From contig JAUCBJ010008604.1 of NCBI GenBank assembly GCA_032718475.1, positions 15,438 to 79,437 on the forward strand: 64,000 nt of DNA, given 5' to 3'. The notes under the pieces were generated by a model. It had not been told where the DNA came from. It searched no databases and saw only the letters and a program-made list of their open reading frames with translations. Positions 62,093-64,000 of this stretch are shown here, one piece after another. The translations under genes and the position numbers were made by a program. The number at the start of each line of letters is the position of its first letter. Within the stretch, counting starts at the first letter, position 1. The stretch is from Nemertoderma westbladi. Its lineage: Eukaryota; Animalia; Xenacoelomorpha.

Positions 62093-62449
62093 TGTGATGA
62101 TATACTGTACGCATCTACTACGCGGACGCAGCCCGCGCTGCTGATACCTAGAGATACCCGCGTGACACGCGATGACGTCACAGTCAGACTACTGCTACGC
62201 GCGCTATGCAGCCGATAGCCCAGCGCTCTGATTATCTGGCATATACTGTCTCTGTACCGTACTGCTGTAGGGGTCCTTCAAGGACACAGGTCTGGACTCG
62301 GGACTCTGTCGAACACTGCCGCACTATCGTTGTGTGTACCGCATTGTATTCCTCATACATTCTATTCTCAGATTCTACATTATATGATCGTGATTTATGT
62401 TGATATTTCACCACCTCATATTCTCATATGCTCAGTGCATATCCCCATA
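62093..62449 (+). repeat. 3' LTR (357 bp)
   Basis: Direct repeat of 57109-57457, preceded by a polypurine tract. Confidence 0.95.
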
Positions 62450-63118
62450 CCCCCCCCCCCCCCCCCCCTGAAATAAAAGCTCCCTATTCTACGATTCGAT
62501 AGTCACAGTCGCACAACGTCGTAATAAATACATTTACTTACTATAAGGGAGAAATTACAAGTAGAATAGAAACACCCAAAATAGACAATTAGATTACCAT
62601 AATAACCAGAGTAGATAATTAATGTATATTTTATGACTTGACTGTTTGTCTCTAACGTTCTAGAACTTCTGGCGTTCTGACATATTGTGCCGCCAATGCA
62701 TAATTGACTACGTGTAATATAAACTTCACTAAAAGTATTTAGAGCAAATTGCATAGCCTAAAATGCCTAACCAATCAGCAATCAAAAGCAAGACTAGCAA
62801 GCGTAAAGTCCGGTTTCTATTCAAGCCAATAGTAATAGACTATATTCGAGTACCAAGTTTGGTTTAATTTATGTTAATAGATTGTTAGCCTTCCAACATT
62901 AGCCGACAGACCAACCGACCGACAGAGAACGGTAACTACTTTGATTTTAATAAACTTACTGTATAAAGTATCATAATTTAATAATTATAGAATATATATC
63001 TTAAATTAATTAAATAATTTATCCCGTTTTACATATTGCATTGTTGCCCAGCTACCTAATGTATGATAAAAATAATATCCTTATTGCGGAATAAGATAAA
63101 TGTATGAGTGAGACACCG

Positions 63119-63200
63119 TTTAAAGGACACTGGCCTTGAAGAAGCGGATGATTTAGCGAAAGTCATGGGTGATAGGGAGTTGTGGCGGCGCTATATCATG
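63119..63200 (+). mobile_element. Short 3' ORF remnant of an RTE-type LINE
   Basis: Translates LKDTGLEEADDLAKVMGDRELWRRY, resembling the DTGL...DR..WR C-terminus of RTE-like ORFs. Confidence 0.5.
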
Positions 63201-64000
63201 CCACATCATCCCATTATTATATGCTGGATCAATCAAAGTACCAAATGATGTATTAAGTAATTGTCATTAATGTTGGCATTGTGTTCCGTGATGAAGTATC
63301 ATGAATGGAGGGGTAATGCGGTGCCGTGTTGTTCCAGCCCTGCCATGCTAGCGCTAGGTCTGCGCGTGCTGTGCTATGTCATGTCATGAGGCACAATGCC
63401 CAGTTATGCTATATGTTGAAATGTGATGGATGCTATGCTAAAATGTGCTATAATATAACTGTATGGCATTATATTACACCCTAAGACATGCCCTGCCTTC
63501 ATATACTTCGATGTCATACAGTACCATTCCTTTTCCGTCACGTGATGGGATATGTCATACCTTGTATTGCATGCCAATAGATATGCCAATATATGCAGAA
63601 ATATGTCAAAAAATATATTCCAAAATTCTTAATAATTTATTTATTATATATTTTTTAAAGATTATTATAAGTTAAATTTGCCTTAGCAACTATATAACTA
63701 AATAGTGTCATGCAATGCTGTGTCACGTCACATACTGTATATTCCTCAGTCTATGAAACAAACTAAGACATGGTTGTCGTGTAAGTTTCCTGCAGACTGG
63801 CAGTAATGTCGGAAAAGTTAATCTCTTTTACAATAACTATCATGGTATATAATCATCCTATTGTAATCTAAGATGGTAATTGGAATACAATGGAAGTAAC
63901 ACACCGGCAACTGCTGACAATTACCCTATTACGTTTTATAATAATTGCCGTCGTCAGATACTCTTATAATTGACTAAGTAATTAAACATGTATAAAGTAT

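Larger units (their letters stand above)
57109..62449 (+). mobile_element. Ty3/Gypsy LTR retrotransposon, Mag-like, both LTRs present, coding region defective
   Basis: LTRs at 57109-57457 and 62093-62449. PBS TGGCGCAG at 57458, PPT AGAAGGGGGG before 62093. Domain order gag-PR-RT-RH-IN. Poly-C on both flanks. Confidence 0.96.

Noticed and set aside
57440-62414. Many overlapping alternative-frame and antisense ORFs in the Gypsy element (similarly in THOC1 exon 2 and WDR61)
   Set aside because: Expected shadow ORFs in GC-rich coding DNA; no motifs. No env-like ORF seen.

Overview
Eukaryotic (metazoan, probably invertebrate) genomic DNA, AT-rich between genes. 1-18.3 kb holds four almost intron-free housekeeping genes: THOC1 (+, 2 coding exons), WDR61/SKI8 (-, 1), FANCL (-, probably 2) and SNF/U1A/U2B'' (+, 1). 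They are interspersed with non-autonomous DNA transposons, including a nested hAT > foldback > MITE/LINE-fragment stack ending 48 bp before the THOC1 ATG, and a 1.3-kb palindromic element whose end coincides with the likely FANCL splice acceptor. 19.35-31.1 kb is a very homogeneous 26-bp satellite; its giant ORFs are artefacts. 31.7-34.0 kb is a second satellite of 40/58-bp units that appears to derive from a tiny TIR element. 35-52 kb is an intron-rich BCAR3/SH2D3C (NSP-family) gene on the minus strand. 57.1-62.4 kb is a recent but defective Mag-like Ty3/Gypsy retrotransposon with TG...TA LTRs, inserted in a poly-C run. All identifications come from reading the sequence and recalled family motifs; no searches were run.
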